IMG/VR virus record: IMGVR_UViG_3300045988_107814
Location: 128,001-192,000 of that record
Length of the DNA: 64,000 nt
Reading direction: 5' to 3' (one strand)
Source of the DNA: a virus
This document shows positions 14,501 through 23,208 of this stretch, piece after piece. Each line of letters begins with the position of its first letter. Position 1 is the stretch's first letter. The position numbers and the translations under genes were made by a program. The notes under the pieces are model-generated. The model was not told the origin of the DNA, did no database searches, and saw only the letters and a list, made by a program, of their open reading frames with translations.

Positions 14501-16734
14501 TCTTCTAGCATTTGACTAATAGATTCACCTTTAACTTTTTTCTTTTTAAGATCATCACTAAGAGAATTTATTCTTGCTTTACGAGTTGCAGAAGCTTTAA
14601 TCTCTGTAGATTCTTCATCAGAAATATCTTGAATCAGATTAGCAATATAATCGTTATCAAGTTTTTCTAATGCTTCGTCTGTAGAAGTAGAATTTTGTGC
14701 AGCATCTTTAATACTCTCAACAAGTTCTTCTTTCTTTTTCTCTGTTACTTCCTTAGCTACTTCTTTCTCAGATTTTTCTACATTATTTTTATCTTTTACA
14801 GTTACTTTCTTTTGAGATACCTTTTCTATCTTCTCATCACTATTAGAAGAAGATGTAATTTCTTTTGATACTTTACCTAATGCTCCATATAGATTAACTT
14901 TTTTAGAATTCTCGATCTTATCTACAATATCAGTAACAATTGCATTAGGAGTATCTTTTACCATATCTTCATCATTAGGTACAATCTTATTAAAGATATT
15001 ATTTATATTAGATATAAATCTTTGTAGTTCGGATTTCTTAAATTCAGAAAAGTTAATCTTAAAATAAGAGTTTTTACCAAAGAAGAAAACGTTGTTATTT
15101 CCAAATATCTTCTTAAGTTCATCAAAATCATTACGCTTAACTAAACGTGTTATGAGACTTACAGGATTTAAAGATTTGGTATAATCTATTACATTTACAT
15201 CATCACTGTAGTAGTCTAAAACAGGAATAAAAATTGATTTAGTCTTATATTCTCTATCTATAGTAGAATTGTTCAGAAAACGTCTCAATGTTTCAGAATA
15301 TAACTTAATACCCTGTTCGCCCATCTTTTTATTATTCTCTATAAAGAGTTTATTGTAATAAGATACATCTACAAAAAGATTCATCTTATTATATGCTTCT
15401 ATATTTACTTTGGTAAATTGAATTGCAGGGCATTGAGCTTTGACAACTTTATATACGTCAAATAATTCTTTTTGATTTCTGATTCGTTCATTATACATAT
15501 ATTGACGTAGTCTATTATCAATGGCATCTTCAGTAAATATTTCATCACCAAAGAATACAGCATTATCGCCATATCTAAATCCTTCTGAATTAATTTCAGA
15601 TTCAGGAATTTGTGGAGATTTTTCTTTTTCTATATTAACCTTTATTAGATCAATATATACAACTGGATATTTATCTTTATTCTTACTGGTTTTACCAATA
15701 AACTTTAATGCCGTTGCTCTATCAATAAAATTACCATCTTGAATAATAGAAGTCTTGATATTTTGGATCAATAGTTTATCTCTATTTAAAGAATATACTG
15801 GAACAATTCTATTACCCTTAGATGCAATTTGTTTATTGATATCTCTATTATACATAACATCTCTAAATGTATAGATTAAATACATAGAGATTTCTTCTTT
15901 TTCATCATCGTCATCAAAATATGAATCTTCTAGATAAATTCCGAATTCATTACCATATATAGGATTCTTATGAGAAACACCAAAACCTGCAAGATTATCA
16001 TTTGTATCATAACATAGGGCTAGGAAATTAGCATTGGTTAACATTTCACATACATTTTTATAATCTCTTATATCTTTAATAAGTTTTTGACATTCTTTTA
16101 TATACTTATTAATATCCTTACCAGTATAGTATTCGAATCTATAATCTGTTAGAATTTTTAATGGAATACCACCAGAAGTTTTAACAGTAACTTCTTTCAA
16201 GCTTCTATAATATTTAGAGAATCTATTCTCTTCACCAACTTCAATATCAGTAATATTAAAGTGCTTTAGCTTTTTAATGATATTCTTAGCTAATGTTTTC
16301 TCATATTCTTTTGGACAATGATTAAACATTCTTATCGCTGCTCTAACATGTTCTTCATCATTGATAGGGTATGATCTAGTTTGAGGAATGCCAAATTCAC
16401 TATCAGATAACTCTTTTCTATCTTTAGTAGATAATTTAGATTCATTAATAAAAGAACTAATAAAATCGTCCTTATACTCAACAAATTCTTTTATCTGATT
16501 AGTATCTGCTTTGATAATAGCATCAATAGATTTATCAATATAATATGATCTAAACCATTTACGATTGTTTATAATTATATCACTATTAATCATTCTAATA
16601 GAAGATGATATATCAGATGTTAGTAGATAGATTAAACTTCCATGTTTATCATCATCTGGATTTAAAGGTATAAAAAGTCTGTTGTTCTTATTATACAGCT
16701 TTAAATTTTTCATATCTTTAATGTGTATAGACAT
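11527..16734 (-). CDS. multisubunit RNA polymerase beta-like protein, unsplit, with a roughly 800-aa N-terminal extension
   Basis: Beta-type motifs in order: FKGLSGLNSDRSYSLEKRTYDESMTNILGMS (compare ALGPGGL..R..RDVH.SHYGR.CP.ETPEG), HDDPFRLAMSYVQRSKH (compare NDANRALMG.NMQRQA), GDKLIFLGAQKGVAKEV (compare GDK..GRHGNKGV.SK), PIDAIASMVSFDKRM (compare PVDIVLNPLGVPSRMN). AAAGGAG RBS. Confidence 0.75.
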   Translation of the reverse strand: MSIHIKDMKNLKLYNKNNRLFIPLNPDDDKHGSLIYLLTSDISSSIRMINSDIIINNRKWFRSYYIDKSIDAIIKADTNQIKEFVEYKDDFISSFINESKLSTKDRKELSDSEFGIPQTRSYPINDEEHVRAAIRMFNHCPKEYEKTLAKNIIKKLKHFNITDIEVGEENRFSKYYRSLKEVTVKTSGGIPLKILTDYRFEYYTGKDINKYIKECQKLIKDIRDYKNVCEMLTNANFLALCYDTNDNLAGFGVSHKNPIYGNEFGIYLEDSYFDDDDEKEEISMYLIYTFRDVMYNRDINKQIASKGNRIVPVYSLNRDKLLIQNIKTSIIQDGNFIDRATALKFIGKTSKNKDKYPVVYIDLIKVNIEKEKSPQIPESEINSEGFRYGDNAVFFGDEIFTEDAIDNRLRQYMYNERIRNQKELFDVYKVVKAQCPAIQFTKVNIEAYNKMNLFVDVSYYNKLFIENNKKMGEQGIKLYSETLRRFLNNSTIDREYKTKSIFIPVLDYYSDDVNVIDYTKSLNPVSLITRLVKRNDFDELKKIFGNNNVFFFGKNSYFKINFSEFKKSELQRFISNINNIFNKIVPNDEDMVKDTPNAIVTDIVDKIENSKKVNLYGALGKVSKEITSSSNSDEKIEKVSQKKVTVKDKNNVEKSEKEVAKEVTEKKKEELVESIKDAAQNSTSTDEALEKLDNDYIANLIQDISDEESTEIKASATRKARINSLSDDLKKKKVKGESISQMLEDSQDTGEDPLPVSSANINSINNDQWDNLQYINFNKEYNVDEDIMAILDFFSTRTVPVGIRNVDVENTTTSEDLKETWTVQCEDIGGTRFQLKFDIPLFKNNRFMRLRGNDKTINAQLINLPIIKTEFDTAQITTNYNKIFFRTFGSAVGKSNVVSGKIIKALSKYTGKSITNMSGNNAITALKYEIPMDYMDIGKAYSYIKYKNVTFYFDQDDIREKYQDIIDLSKGLPIGYDASEKKIIYSDGAILCSNIIAAELCKDEEFATYYNEAKPSVKYAYSQASILNTKMPVIVICAYCEGLIKTLNKAAISYEITDKRPSKIDYTTHDLIKFKDAFLLYRIDYNSSLFMNGLKECDTIDYSIKDVNSKTMWTEMLDNFGGRIKADGLDNFYDLMFDPISQRVCNMYDLPQDFCEALIYASNLLSDTKYNKHVDISGNRFRTNEIVAGYAYKVLSKAYADYRTKLKKTGKATMTVKQSAIIDAIMMDNTCSDLSTINELNYANSNSMASFKGLSGLNSDRSYSLEKRTYDESMTNILGMSTGFAATVGVDRIMTTNANINGKRGYISDKSNEKSKMNDVNTMTTAENLTPMCTTHDDPFRLAMSYVQRSKHDMRVAGGDPLLITNGMDDALTMFTPDVFSFNAKDNGTVVERDDDHVVIQYNDGSIDFVDLNNKVYKNSDGGFYTSVKLEVDKGLGTKVKKGQLIAYDPMSYSVNCGYDNSATYNQGTLAKVAIITSDKGFEDSCIVSSYISDALSSNVIMEVPVTLSKNTNIFNMIKVGDQVQEGDPLLIIQNTFEDNDVNVLLKNLVDDEDTVTSLGRIPIKSNNTGVIEDINIYRTCELDEMSPSLKKIVSEYERKRNAKAKQIAKYDENLAKQYTCQKLPQEGKLKNIEDGVLIEIYVSYKDDFSVGDKLIFLGAQKGVAKEVVQKGYEPTSSYRPNEPIDAIASMVSFDKRMCCAPLQYTLAGKGLVELDRQVKDIMGIKQDYTIRHKF

Positions 16735-16801
16735 ACTATTTACTCCTTTCGCAAGTTATTATAAGAATGTTTTCGTACGTGAAATACTAAAGAATAATAT
16801 C

Positions 16802-16842
16802 TATATATTATTATAGTGAATAGGAGACATAAATCTACCTAT
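16802..16842 (+). promoter_or_regulatory. TATTATAGTGA promoter-like motif plus hairpin
   Basis: TATATATTATTATAGTGA, then ATAGG (16820-16824) / CCTAT (16838-16842). Confidence 0.45.
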
Positions 16843-16891
16843 ATCAATAACTGGAGACTTACAATTACTCCAGTCGTCAAAAGGTAAGTAA

Positions 16892-16932
16892 TCATAAGTG
16901 TCAAAAACTTATGATCCCAGACGTTAAAGGGG
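16892..16932 (+). promoter_or_regulatory. conserved 5' leader element, copy 2
   Basis: TCATAAGTGTCAAAAACTTATGATCCCAGACGTTAAAGGGG. Its internal ATG (16911) is out of frame with the CDS at 16945, so conservation is at nucleotide level. Confidence 0.45.
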
Positions 16933-16944
16933 AAAGGTATTATC

Positions 16945-17496
16945 ATGGCAACAATTATTATCAATACTATCACTTGCACATTTTCATCTATCATCAATAC
17001 AATCAAAAATGTATGGTCTAAGATCATGCACTTTTTATTTGTATATGAAGACGATGAAGAAGCTGTAAGAGAAAGAGAGGATTGCGAATTCGCAATCAAA
17101 TTTGGCAAGATTGCTGTTAGCATCTTACTTGTTATTGCATTGTTTGTTACTGGTGTAAATATATATAAAACATATTTGCGTAAAAATGGTAAACTAACAA
17201 TAACAGTATACTGCACATCCAATACCGAACATTATGACACCGATCCTGGTTGGGCAGATTGTCGTTTCACAGATAAATTGGTAGAGAAGATCGAAAGCCA
17301 TGAGATTGATCTCTGCGGAACAAAATTATCTTCTGTATATAAAGGAGATGATTACGAAATTTCTAATTCCGTAGAAGTTTACTTCGACGGAAAGGAAGCA
17401 TCTGATCCTACAGCAGTGGATCATTTGGAATTTGTTGGTCTTGAAGAATATGATGGAACTACTGATAAGAGGTGGGTCGTTGATTACAAAGACTAA
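16945..17496 (+). CDS. hypothetical membrane protein
   Basis: 183-aa ORF with one clear hydrophobic helix (IAVSILLVIALFVTGVNIY). GC-richer than its surroundings. Confidence 0.6.
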   Translation: MATIIINTITCTFSSIINTIKNVWSKIMHFLFVYEDDEEAVREREDCEFAIKFGKIAVSILLVIALFVTGVNIYKTYLRKNGKLTITVYCTSNTEHYDTDPGWADCRFTDKLVEKIESHEIDLCGTKLSSVYKGDDYEISNSVEVYFDGKEASDPTAVDHLEFVGLEEYDGTTDKRWVVDYKD

Positions 17497-17522
17497 TCAA
17501 ATCTTACATGGTAAAAAGAACG

Positions 17523-17552
17523 AGGGACCGTTTAAAACGGTCCCTTATTTTT
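17523..17552. terminator. bidirectional terminator between convergent genes
   Basis: AGGGACCG-TTTAAAA-CGGTCCCT followed by TATTTTTTATTT, with an A-run upstream. Confidence 0.6.
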
Positions 17553-20197
17553 TATTTATACGACCAGATTACATTACCATCAGAGATAATATCATTATCA
17601 TTTTTTAGAAGAATTACATCGCATTCATTCATAGGAATTTCAGAGTTATGACTAATCAATACACATTGAGATGATTTTACTAATGACATGAGTTGATTTA
17701 GAATATCGATAAACTCTCTTCTATTCTGTGAATCAAATGGAGCATCAATTTCATCGCCTACAATAATATTAAGTTTAGTAGATGTTTGACTTAATAGTGA
17801 AATAGATATAATCATAGAAATTAAAGCTATTTGTGCTGAAGACATACTTGTAATATCATCATGATTAATTCCGCCATTTACAGCTACAGGAATTCTAAAT
17901 TCACTTTCTGTAATAACCAGAGGAAGCAAAGCAAATGTTCCGTTAAACAATCTACTCAAGATATTATTAGCATTCTCCATAATCTTATTCAAATACATAT
18001 TAGCAAATAGTAATTGAATACCTGTTGTCGGAGAACAATAATATTTAAGAGTTTCTATTTTAGTATAAGCAGAGTTATATTGATCATATTCTTTAGAATA
18101 TTCAACACTCATTGTAAGCTTATATTTGATAGATTCAGCTTTACTTCTCATAGGAGATAACTGAGATTTGAGTTCAGAAATATTCACACCAAGTTTCTCA
18201 ATATCAGAATTAAGTTTTTCAATCTTATCAATACTAGATTTATCTTTCTCAATTTCATCATTTAAGATCTTTAATGCTTCATTGTACTCATTTAAGTTAG
18301 CCTTTAGATTATAGATATTTTCCAGATTAACGCAAAGTGTACACATATCATTATATTTTTTTGTTAATGAAGAAATCTGATTACTATAATTATTGATAGT
18401 TTCAGTATCTTGATTGATACTATTGTTAAGACGCTCGATACTATCTGTAATCAAATCAATAAGATTCTTTTGAGAATTGATAGAGTTATATTTATTTGTT
18501 ATATCACTAAGATCCTTGTTGATAGATTTGTATTCTTTCAGATCATTAGTATATTCCATAACTCCATTCAACAATGCAATTATCTTCATGCCATCTCTGG
18601 ACAAGAAAGTTACACACTCATTGTAGTTTCTAAATCCTAATTGAAGTTTGTTTATGATATACTTATTAGCATTATATATACTGAGAAGTTGTTTATTCTT
18701 TTCAATATTTTTTAAAGTTTGCTCATATGATTCCTTTTCTTTATTTAACTCAGCTACAGAATTTATACAGTTTTGTCTTTCTGCTAACAATCTATCTATA
18801 GTTACTTTTGCCTTTAAAGCATCTGCAATAAAAGGACAAGTATCATCTTTACAACTAGACGGTCTTTTTTCAAGTATATCTAGTTTATATTCGTTAGCTT
18901 CTACTTTATTTCTAAAAGATACAGCTTCTTCAATTTCAGTATCAATTCTAGATATATTATCATTAGCAAGTATATATTCTCTATTAATAGAATCTTCTGG
19001 AATTACATTAACAATACTTGATAAAAGTTCCATCATCTGCTTGATAATGTCATAAGCCATCATGAATTCATCATATGTGATAGTATCAAGATCTACAATA
19101 TCACCCCAACGATTTTTAATATTGTTTTTTCTGTTAGTGAGATTATCCTTAATAGATTCTATTTCTATAATAGAAGTACCAGAATTGATAGATTTAAGTT
19201 TTGCTGTTTCATCTTCTAATCTAGATGCTTCTTGTTCTCTTTCTTTAACAAGACTTTCAATCTTTTCTTTCAAAGAATCAATCATATACTTTGTATCTAA
19301 GATATCCTTATTGAGTTTATCTAGTATTTCTTGATTTATTACAGCAGTCATAAGTGCTGGGTTTACAGAATATATCTTATTAAGACGTTTGTTACATTCA
19401 TCTATCTTAGCTGTATATACAGATGTATTTTCTGTAAATGATTTGATTCTATTTGAGAGTTCATTGTTAGGATCTATAGATAATAGCATGCCTTTTTCTT
19501 TATTGATAATTTCAGTATGCTGTTCAATCATATCTTCAATATCTTTTACCTTCGCTTCTACAGATTTAAGTTCTTCTTGCAATTGTGTTACATTACCAAC
19601 ACTATCAATCTTTGAAGAAATGCTAGTCATTAAAGCTTTATATGTAGATGCTTTCTTGGATAGATTCTTATACATAGTATTATATACGTCAGTAGAAGAA
19701 AGAATAGCATTTACATATCTTTTTCTTTCAGCAGGTCTTAAATCAGCAATGCCTCTCTTAGTACTAGATAACTGTGTAAGTGTAATATAATTAGCGTCTA
19801 GTTCTAGCTCTTCATTGACCATTTCTTTACAGCTAGAAATATTTCCAGAAGCATTAAGGTTAATAACATTTCCATCTGGCATTATCTTCATAAAGTATCC
19901 TTTAGAAGTTCTTGAGTTGTTCTTACATTCATGAATATATTTGATACTATATATAATACCAGTAAGCTCATCAAGATATTCTATTTCTTTACTAGCATCC
20001 ATTCCAGAAATGAAACTAGAATTGTCATCAGGTAGTGGTTTTAAAGCACTTTCAATTGTACTTTTACCAGAACCATTATCACCTTTAATCAATACTATTC
20101 TGTGCATACATCTAGTAAAGTCTATTTCGATTTCATATAAACCCATACCATTGTATATACCACCGTAGTTTATTAGCTTTAAACGTTTTAATAGCAT
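17552..20197 (-). CDS. sbcC: Rad50/SbcC-like (T4 gp46-like) SMC-type ATPase
   Basis: N-terminal LKLINYGGIY...GDNGSGKST Walker A. Roughly 600 aa of coiled-coil-like sequence with a central CKDDTCP hook-like motif. C-terminal MSSAQIALISMI and Walker B IIVGDEIDAPFD. Confidence 0.85.
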   Translation of the reverse strand: MLLKRLKLINYGGIYNGMGLYEIEIDFTRCMHRIVLIKGDNGSGKSTIESALKPLPDDNSSFISGMDASKEIEYLDELTGIIYSIKYIHECKNNSRTSKGYFMKIMPDGNVINLNASGNISSCKEMVNEELELDANYITLTQLSSTKRGIADLRPAERKRYVNAILSSTDVYNTMYKNLSKKASTYKALMTSISSKIDSVGNVTQLQEELKSVEAKVKDIEDMIEQHTEIINKEKGMLLSIDPNNELSNRIKSFTENTSVYTAKIDECNKRLNKIYSVNPALMTAVINQEILDKLNKDILDTKYMIDSLKEKIESLVKEREQEASRLEDETAKLKSINSGTSIIEIESIKDNLTNRKNNIKNRWGDIVDLDTITYDEFMMAYDIIKQMMELLSSIVNVIPEDSINREYILANDNISRIDTEIEEAVSFRNKVEANEYKLDILEKRPSSCKDDTCPFIADALKAKVTIDRLLAERQNCINSVAELNKEKESYEQTLKNIEKNKQLLSIYNANKYIINKLQLGFRNYNECVTFLSRDGMKIIALLNGVMEYTNDLKEYKSINKDLSDITNKYNSINSQKNLIDLITDSIERLNNSINQDTETINNYSNQISSLTKKYNDMCTLCVNLENIYNLKANLNEYNEALKILNDEIEKDKSSIDKIEKLNSDIEKLGVNISELKSQLSPMRSKAESIKYKLTMSVEYSKEYDQYNSAYTKIETLKYYCSPTTGIQLLFANMYLNKIMENANNILSRLFNGTFALLPLVITESEFRIPVAVNGGINHDDITSMSSAQIALISMIISISLLSQTSTKLNIIVGDEIDAPFDSQNRREFIDILNQLMSLVKSSQCVLISHNSEIPMNECDVILLKNDNDIISDGNVIWSYK

Positions 20198-20251
20198 CGT
20201 AATTCCTCCTTATTGCGTACGCTGACATTATATATAAGTTTTAATATCTAT

Positions 20252-20292
20252 AAAAAACAAAAGGTTGTCTGTAGAGATTTCTCTCTACAGAC
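20252..20292 (-). terminator. intrinsic terminator downstream of tRNA-Pro
   Basis: GTCTGTAGAGA-GAAA-TCTCTACAGAC on the minus strand, followed by AACCTTTTGTTTTTTA. Confidence 0.6.
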
Positions 20293-20362
20293 TTAGACTA
20301 GGCAATCAATTTTGAATTCAAATAGGTTTATATGAGAATATTTGTAGGATGGAGAAACCTAC

Positions 20363-20439
20363 TGGTCGAGGCAACAGGACTCGAACCTGCGGCATCTTGG
20401 TCCCAAACCAAGCACTCTACCAAACTGAGCTATACCTCG
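20363..20439 (-). tRNA. tRNA-Pro (anticodon UGG), CCA encoded
   Basis: rc: CGAGGTA-TA-GCTCAGTTTGGTAGAGT-G-CTTGG-TTTGGGA-CCAAG-ATGCC-GCAGG-TTCGAGT-CCTGT-TGCCTCG-ACCA. Confidence 0.9.
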
Positions 20440-20559
20440 TTAATCTCTCCTGAAAGATACGACCCTGAGGTACAATACGATACAATTCCACTACATACAA
20501 TACAATTTTCAGGAGAGTATTAAAATAATGATTATGTGAGCAAAGAAAGGAAGTAACAA

Positions 20560-22875
20560 TTACATCATATTAGATACATAATAATCAGTATCATAAGCTG
20601 TAACAAATCTCACACTATCATTATCTTCAATAATATGTTGGTCATTTGAAAAAATAATATCAGCCGTTTTTGGATCAGATACTAGATTACCTCTTGCACA
20701 AGCATTGAGAACAATAAGATCATACAAGTTAGGTCTGCCAATATCAATAATGGCTTTTACAATTTCAATGACTTTATTAGAACCGTTTTCAATTGTATTA
20801 GTAATATTAGCAAGAATATCATATGTCATATCACACCAGATAAACTCTCTATTAATACAATCGAAGATAACGGGCACACAAGTAGTAGATTCAGCATTAA
20901 CATCGATTCTATCTTGGACAGTAGACGGTTCAAAGATTTCTCCGCTATTCATATCGTTTCTGTACATCCATCCAAAACAACAATTCTTCATAGAACTGAA
21001 ATGTTCTCTAGAGTAGTTATGAACAGAGAGGATTACATATCTACCTCCAGTTTTGATAACCTTGTTAATATCTATATCAATAAACTCTGCTACACCAGCA
21101 CCATCTTCTGGACCACCATTTGTGATATCTCCAGAATGGCAACCGATATCAGACTTTAGATTAGTAAATGAAATATGGGATATAGATTTAAAATCTTCGC
21201 TAAATACACCAGCAGACAAATCTACATCTACATTACCGGTCCACCAAATAAAACTTCTTAGAATATTGGTACTATCGGAAATACTAATATGACTTCCTCT
21301 CGTAATATTCTTGGAAGATGGACTTGCACTTCTAAGATTAAATGGAACAATAAAGTTCTTAAAATCTTTGTCTACATAAACATTTCCTAACTTGTCTAGA
21401 TTAGATTGTTTACTAATAATAGCCTTAGCACAAACACCTGCTACTTCAGTACAAATATCAGACTCCAGATCTTTTAGGTTATAAGGGATAACTTTAATCT
21501 TAGCAGTAGATCCTTTGAGGAAAAATACTCTACTAGTCTTTTCATCACCAGAAGCTCTATGAGAGAAATATTGGAAAAGTTGAATTAGAATCGGAACAGG
21601 AATTTTATCAGCAACCTTTTTAAATTCTCTAATAACAAGCTTGCTATCATTAGGATTTTTACAAGCACTTAGAATTCTGTTTAGATTTCTTGCAAACTCA
21701 CCTGGACGAGTAGAACACATACCACAAATAGAAACAATAAGATTTTGATTATTATGACTAAAATCATCAATAAGTTTAGTCAAATGACCGTTAAACGATC
21801 TTATAGGACACTTACTGTAGTTTCTTAAGATGAAAAACATCTTAACTGCATTTGGGTATTGTTTACTGTATGTGTAAGGATGAACTCTCTCACCAACTCT
21901 TAACCATCTTTCTCTATATCTATACATATCTTCAATCATTCTCGGATTTAAACCACTGATGTCAACCGAAGGATTGTGAGAAGTAAAATAATCAAGTTCT
22001 TCATTCTGAATAGCAATATTATCAAGAACACTCATTAGAATTTTTCTATGTTTTCTTGGAATATTTCTATAATGACAAGGTTTAGATAATGAAGAATCAC
22101 TAGTATTAACATATGCTAGATATCTTAAGATATCTGTAGCTGTTTTATACTTACTTTTAATAAAGTCAATTCCTTTTGTATAGAAAAGTAACAAAGATAA
22201 ACTTGCTAAATTTTCCTTGTTAGGAATTTCAATATCGTTTGGAATGATAAAATCACCAAAGTATTTGAGTACTTTATATGCATCAATATTTCTCTCATAA
22301 TAGGTATTCGAACTAAATGTATTGATATCATTTTTATCAATAACGGATAGCGAAACCTTACTAGACATTAAGTTAGTAGTGATCTCTTTTACCATTTGAA
22401 TTGCTTCATATGGTGTGATGATTGAAATAGTCTTAAGCTTTTCAAGTTTATCTATTTCAATTAACGGAGTTCTTTGTTTTGTTTCATAATACGGAACTAA
22501 TCTTCCATCAGACATATAGTGAATAATTGCATTGATATATAATTCAGCATTACTCATATCCATTACTTGTTGAGGGAAATTAGGATACATACAATTGTAT
22601 TCAACATCGTCCCCTAAGTATTGCTTAATTGAAATAAGCAATACTTTATTATACCAATCTACAATATCTTCTTTATTGAATTTTAGAGCCAAAATATTAA
22701 ATGATTTTTCATCAAGTTTGAATCCATAATCATATAGATTCTTACAGATAGTAGCAACCATTTCTTTGGTCTCTGGATTAAATTCACAAGGATAAGGTAA
22801 TTTGCTATCATTATAAGGGCTGATAACACAGCCCTTTCTTCTGAAGAGTACGATTGATAAACTTGTTTTGTTCAT
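20560..22875 (-). CDS. large protein with C-terminal TerD-like (Ca-binding, tellurite-resistance family) domain
   Basis: VDVDLSAGVFSED...HSGDITNGGPEDGAGVAEFIDIDINKV...YVILSVHNYS matches the TerD pattern DLD.sa..l....H.GDN.tG.GeGDDE.I.vdL.......f.v.iY. About 530 N-terminal aa are unrecognised. Confidence 0.7.
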   Translation of the reverse strand: MNKTSLSIVLFRRKGCVISPYNDSKLPYPCEFNPETKEMVATICKNLYDYGFKLDEKSFNILALKFNKEDIVDWYNKVLLISIKQYLGDDVEYNCMYPNFPQQVMDMSNAELYINAIIHYMSDGRLVPYYETKQRTPLIEIDKLEKLKTISIITPYEAIQMVKEITTNLMSSKVSLSVIDKNDINTFSSNTYYERNIDAYKVLKYFGDFIIPNDIEIPNKENLASLSLLLFYTKGIDFIKSKYKTATDILRYLAYVNTSDSSLSKPCHYRNIPRKHRKILMSVLDNIAIQNEELDYFTSHNPSVDISGLNPRMIEDMYRYRERWLRVGERVHPYTYSKQYPNAVKMFFILRNYSKCPIRSFNGHLTKLIDDFSHNNQNLIVSICGMCSTRPGEFARNLNRILSACKNPNDSKLVIREFKKVADKIPVPILIQLFQYFSHRASGDEKTSRVFFLKGSTAKIKVIPYNLKDLESDICTEVAGVCAKAIISKQSNLDKLGNVYVDKDFKNFIVPFNLRSASPSSKNITRGSHISISDSTNILRSFIWWTGNVDVDLSAGVFSEDFKSISHISFTNLKSDIGCHSGDITNGGPEDGAGVAEFIDIDINKVIKTGGRYVILSVHNYSREHFSSMKNCCFGWMYRNDMNSGEIFEPSTVQDRIDVNAESTTCVPVIFDCINREFIWCDMTYDILANITNTIENGSNKVIEIVKAIIDIGRPNLYDLIVLNACARGNLVSDPKTADIIFSNDQHIIEDNDSVRFVTAYDTDYYVSNMM

Positions 22876-22938
22876 AACTATTAACTCCTTTATATAAAAT
22901 TTATTGGGTGAATAAATTTAAATTTCGGAAACGGAAAT

Positions 22939-22989
22939 CATGATATCTGTATTCAAACCAAAATTATTTTAAAGAAGGAAGATATCACA
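22939..22989. repeat. hairpin module 1 (TGATATCT ... AAGAAGGA-AGATATCA)
   Basis: Arms at 22941-22948 and 22980-22987. AGAAGGAAGATATCA abuts the 3' arm. Confidence 0.6.
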
Positions 22990-23050
22990 TAGCCGGAATT
23001 TAAATTAATAGAGTTCTTTGTATATGTATAATCAATAAATTTTGTCCAAT

Positions 23051-23110
23051 CTTGATATCTATTTTCATAGGCTATAAGCCTAAACACTTAATAAGAAGGA
23101 AGATATCAAA
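23051..23110. repeat. hairpin module 2 (TTGATATCT ... AAGAAGGA-AGATATCAA)
   Basis: Arms at 23052-23060 and 23101-23109. The loop contains an inner TAGGC/GCCTA hairpin. Confidence 0.6.
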
Positions 23111-23156
23111 TATAACATTTAAAATCATATACAAAGAACAAGAGGCTCAGCTCAAT

Positions 23157-23208
23157 CGTATATTCTAAATAAGGCTTTTATTATAAAATGAAGAAGGAAG
23201 AATATACA
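23157..23208. repeat. hairpin module 3 (GTATATTCT ... GAAGAAGGA-AGAATATAC)
   Basis: Arms at 23158-23166 and 23199-23207. The arm sequence differs from modules 1 and 2 but pairing is preserved. Confidence 0.6.

Noticed and set aside
18648-19790. Plus-strand ORFs (135, 90 and 133 aa) inside the Rad50-like gene. Similar antisense ORFs lie at 27836..28471, 44562..45035, 50276..50782 and 53395..53946.
   Set aside because: All are antisense to well-supported genes, lack RBSs and have S/L/I/F- or R/L/H-rich shadow-ORF composition.
20332-20523. 63-aa plus-strand ORF
   Set aside because: It is antisense to, and fully overlaps, the well-formed tRNA-Pro gene. No RBS.
22939-23208. CRISPR-like array interpretation of the three repeated modules
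   Set aside because: The repeats are inverted-repeat hairpin arms with irregular spacing (about 110 and 105 bp) and unequal sequences. There is no regular repeat-spacer periodicity and there are no cas genes.
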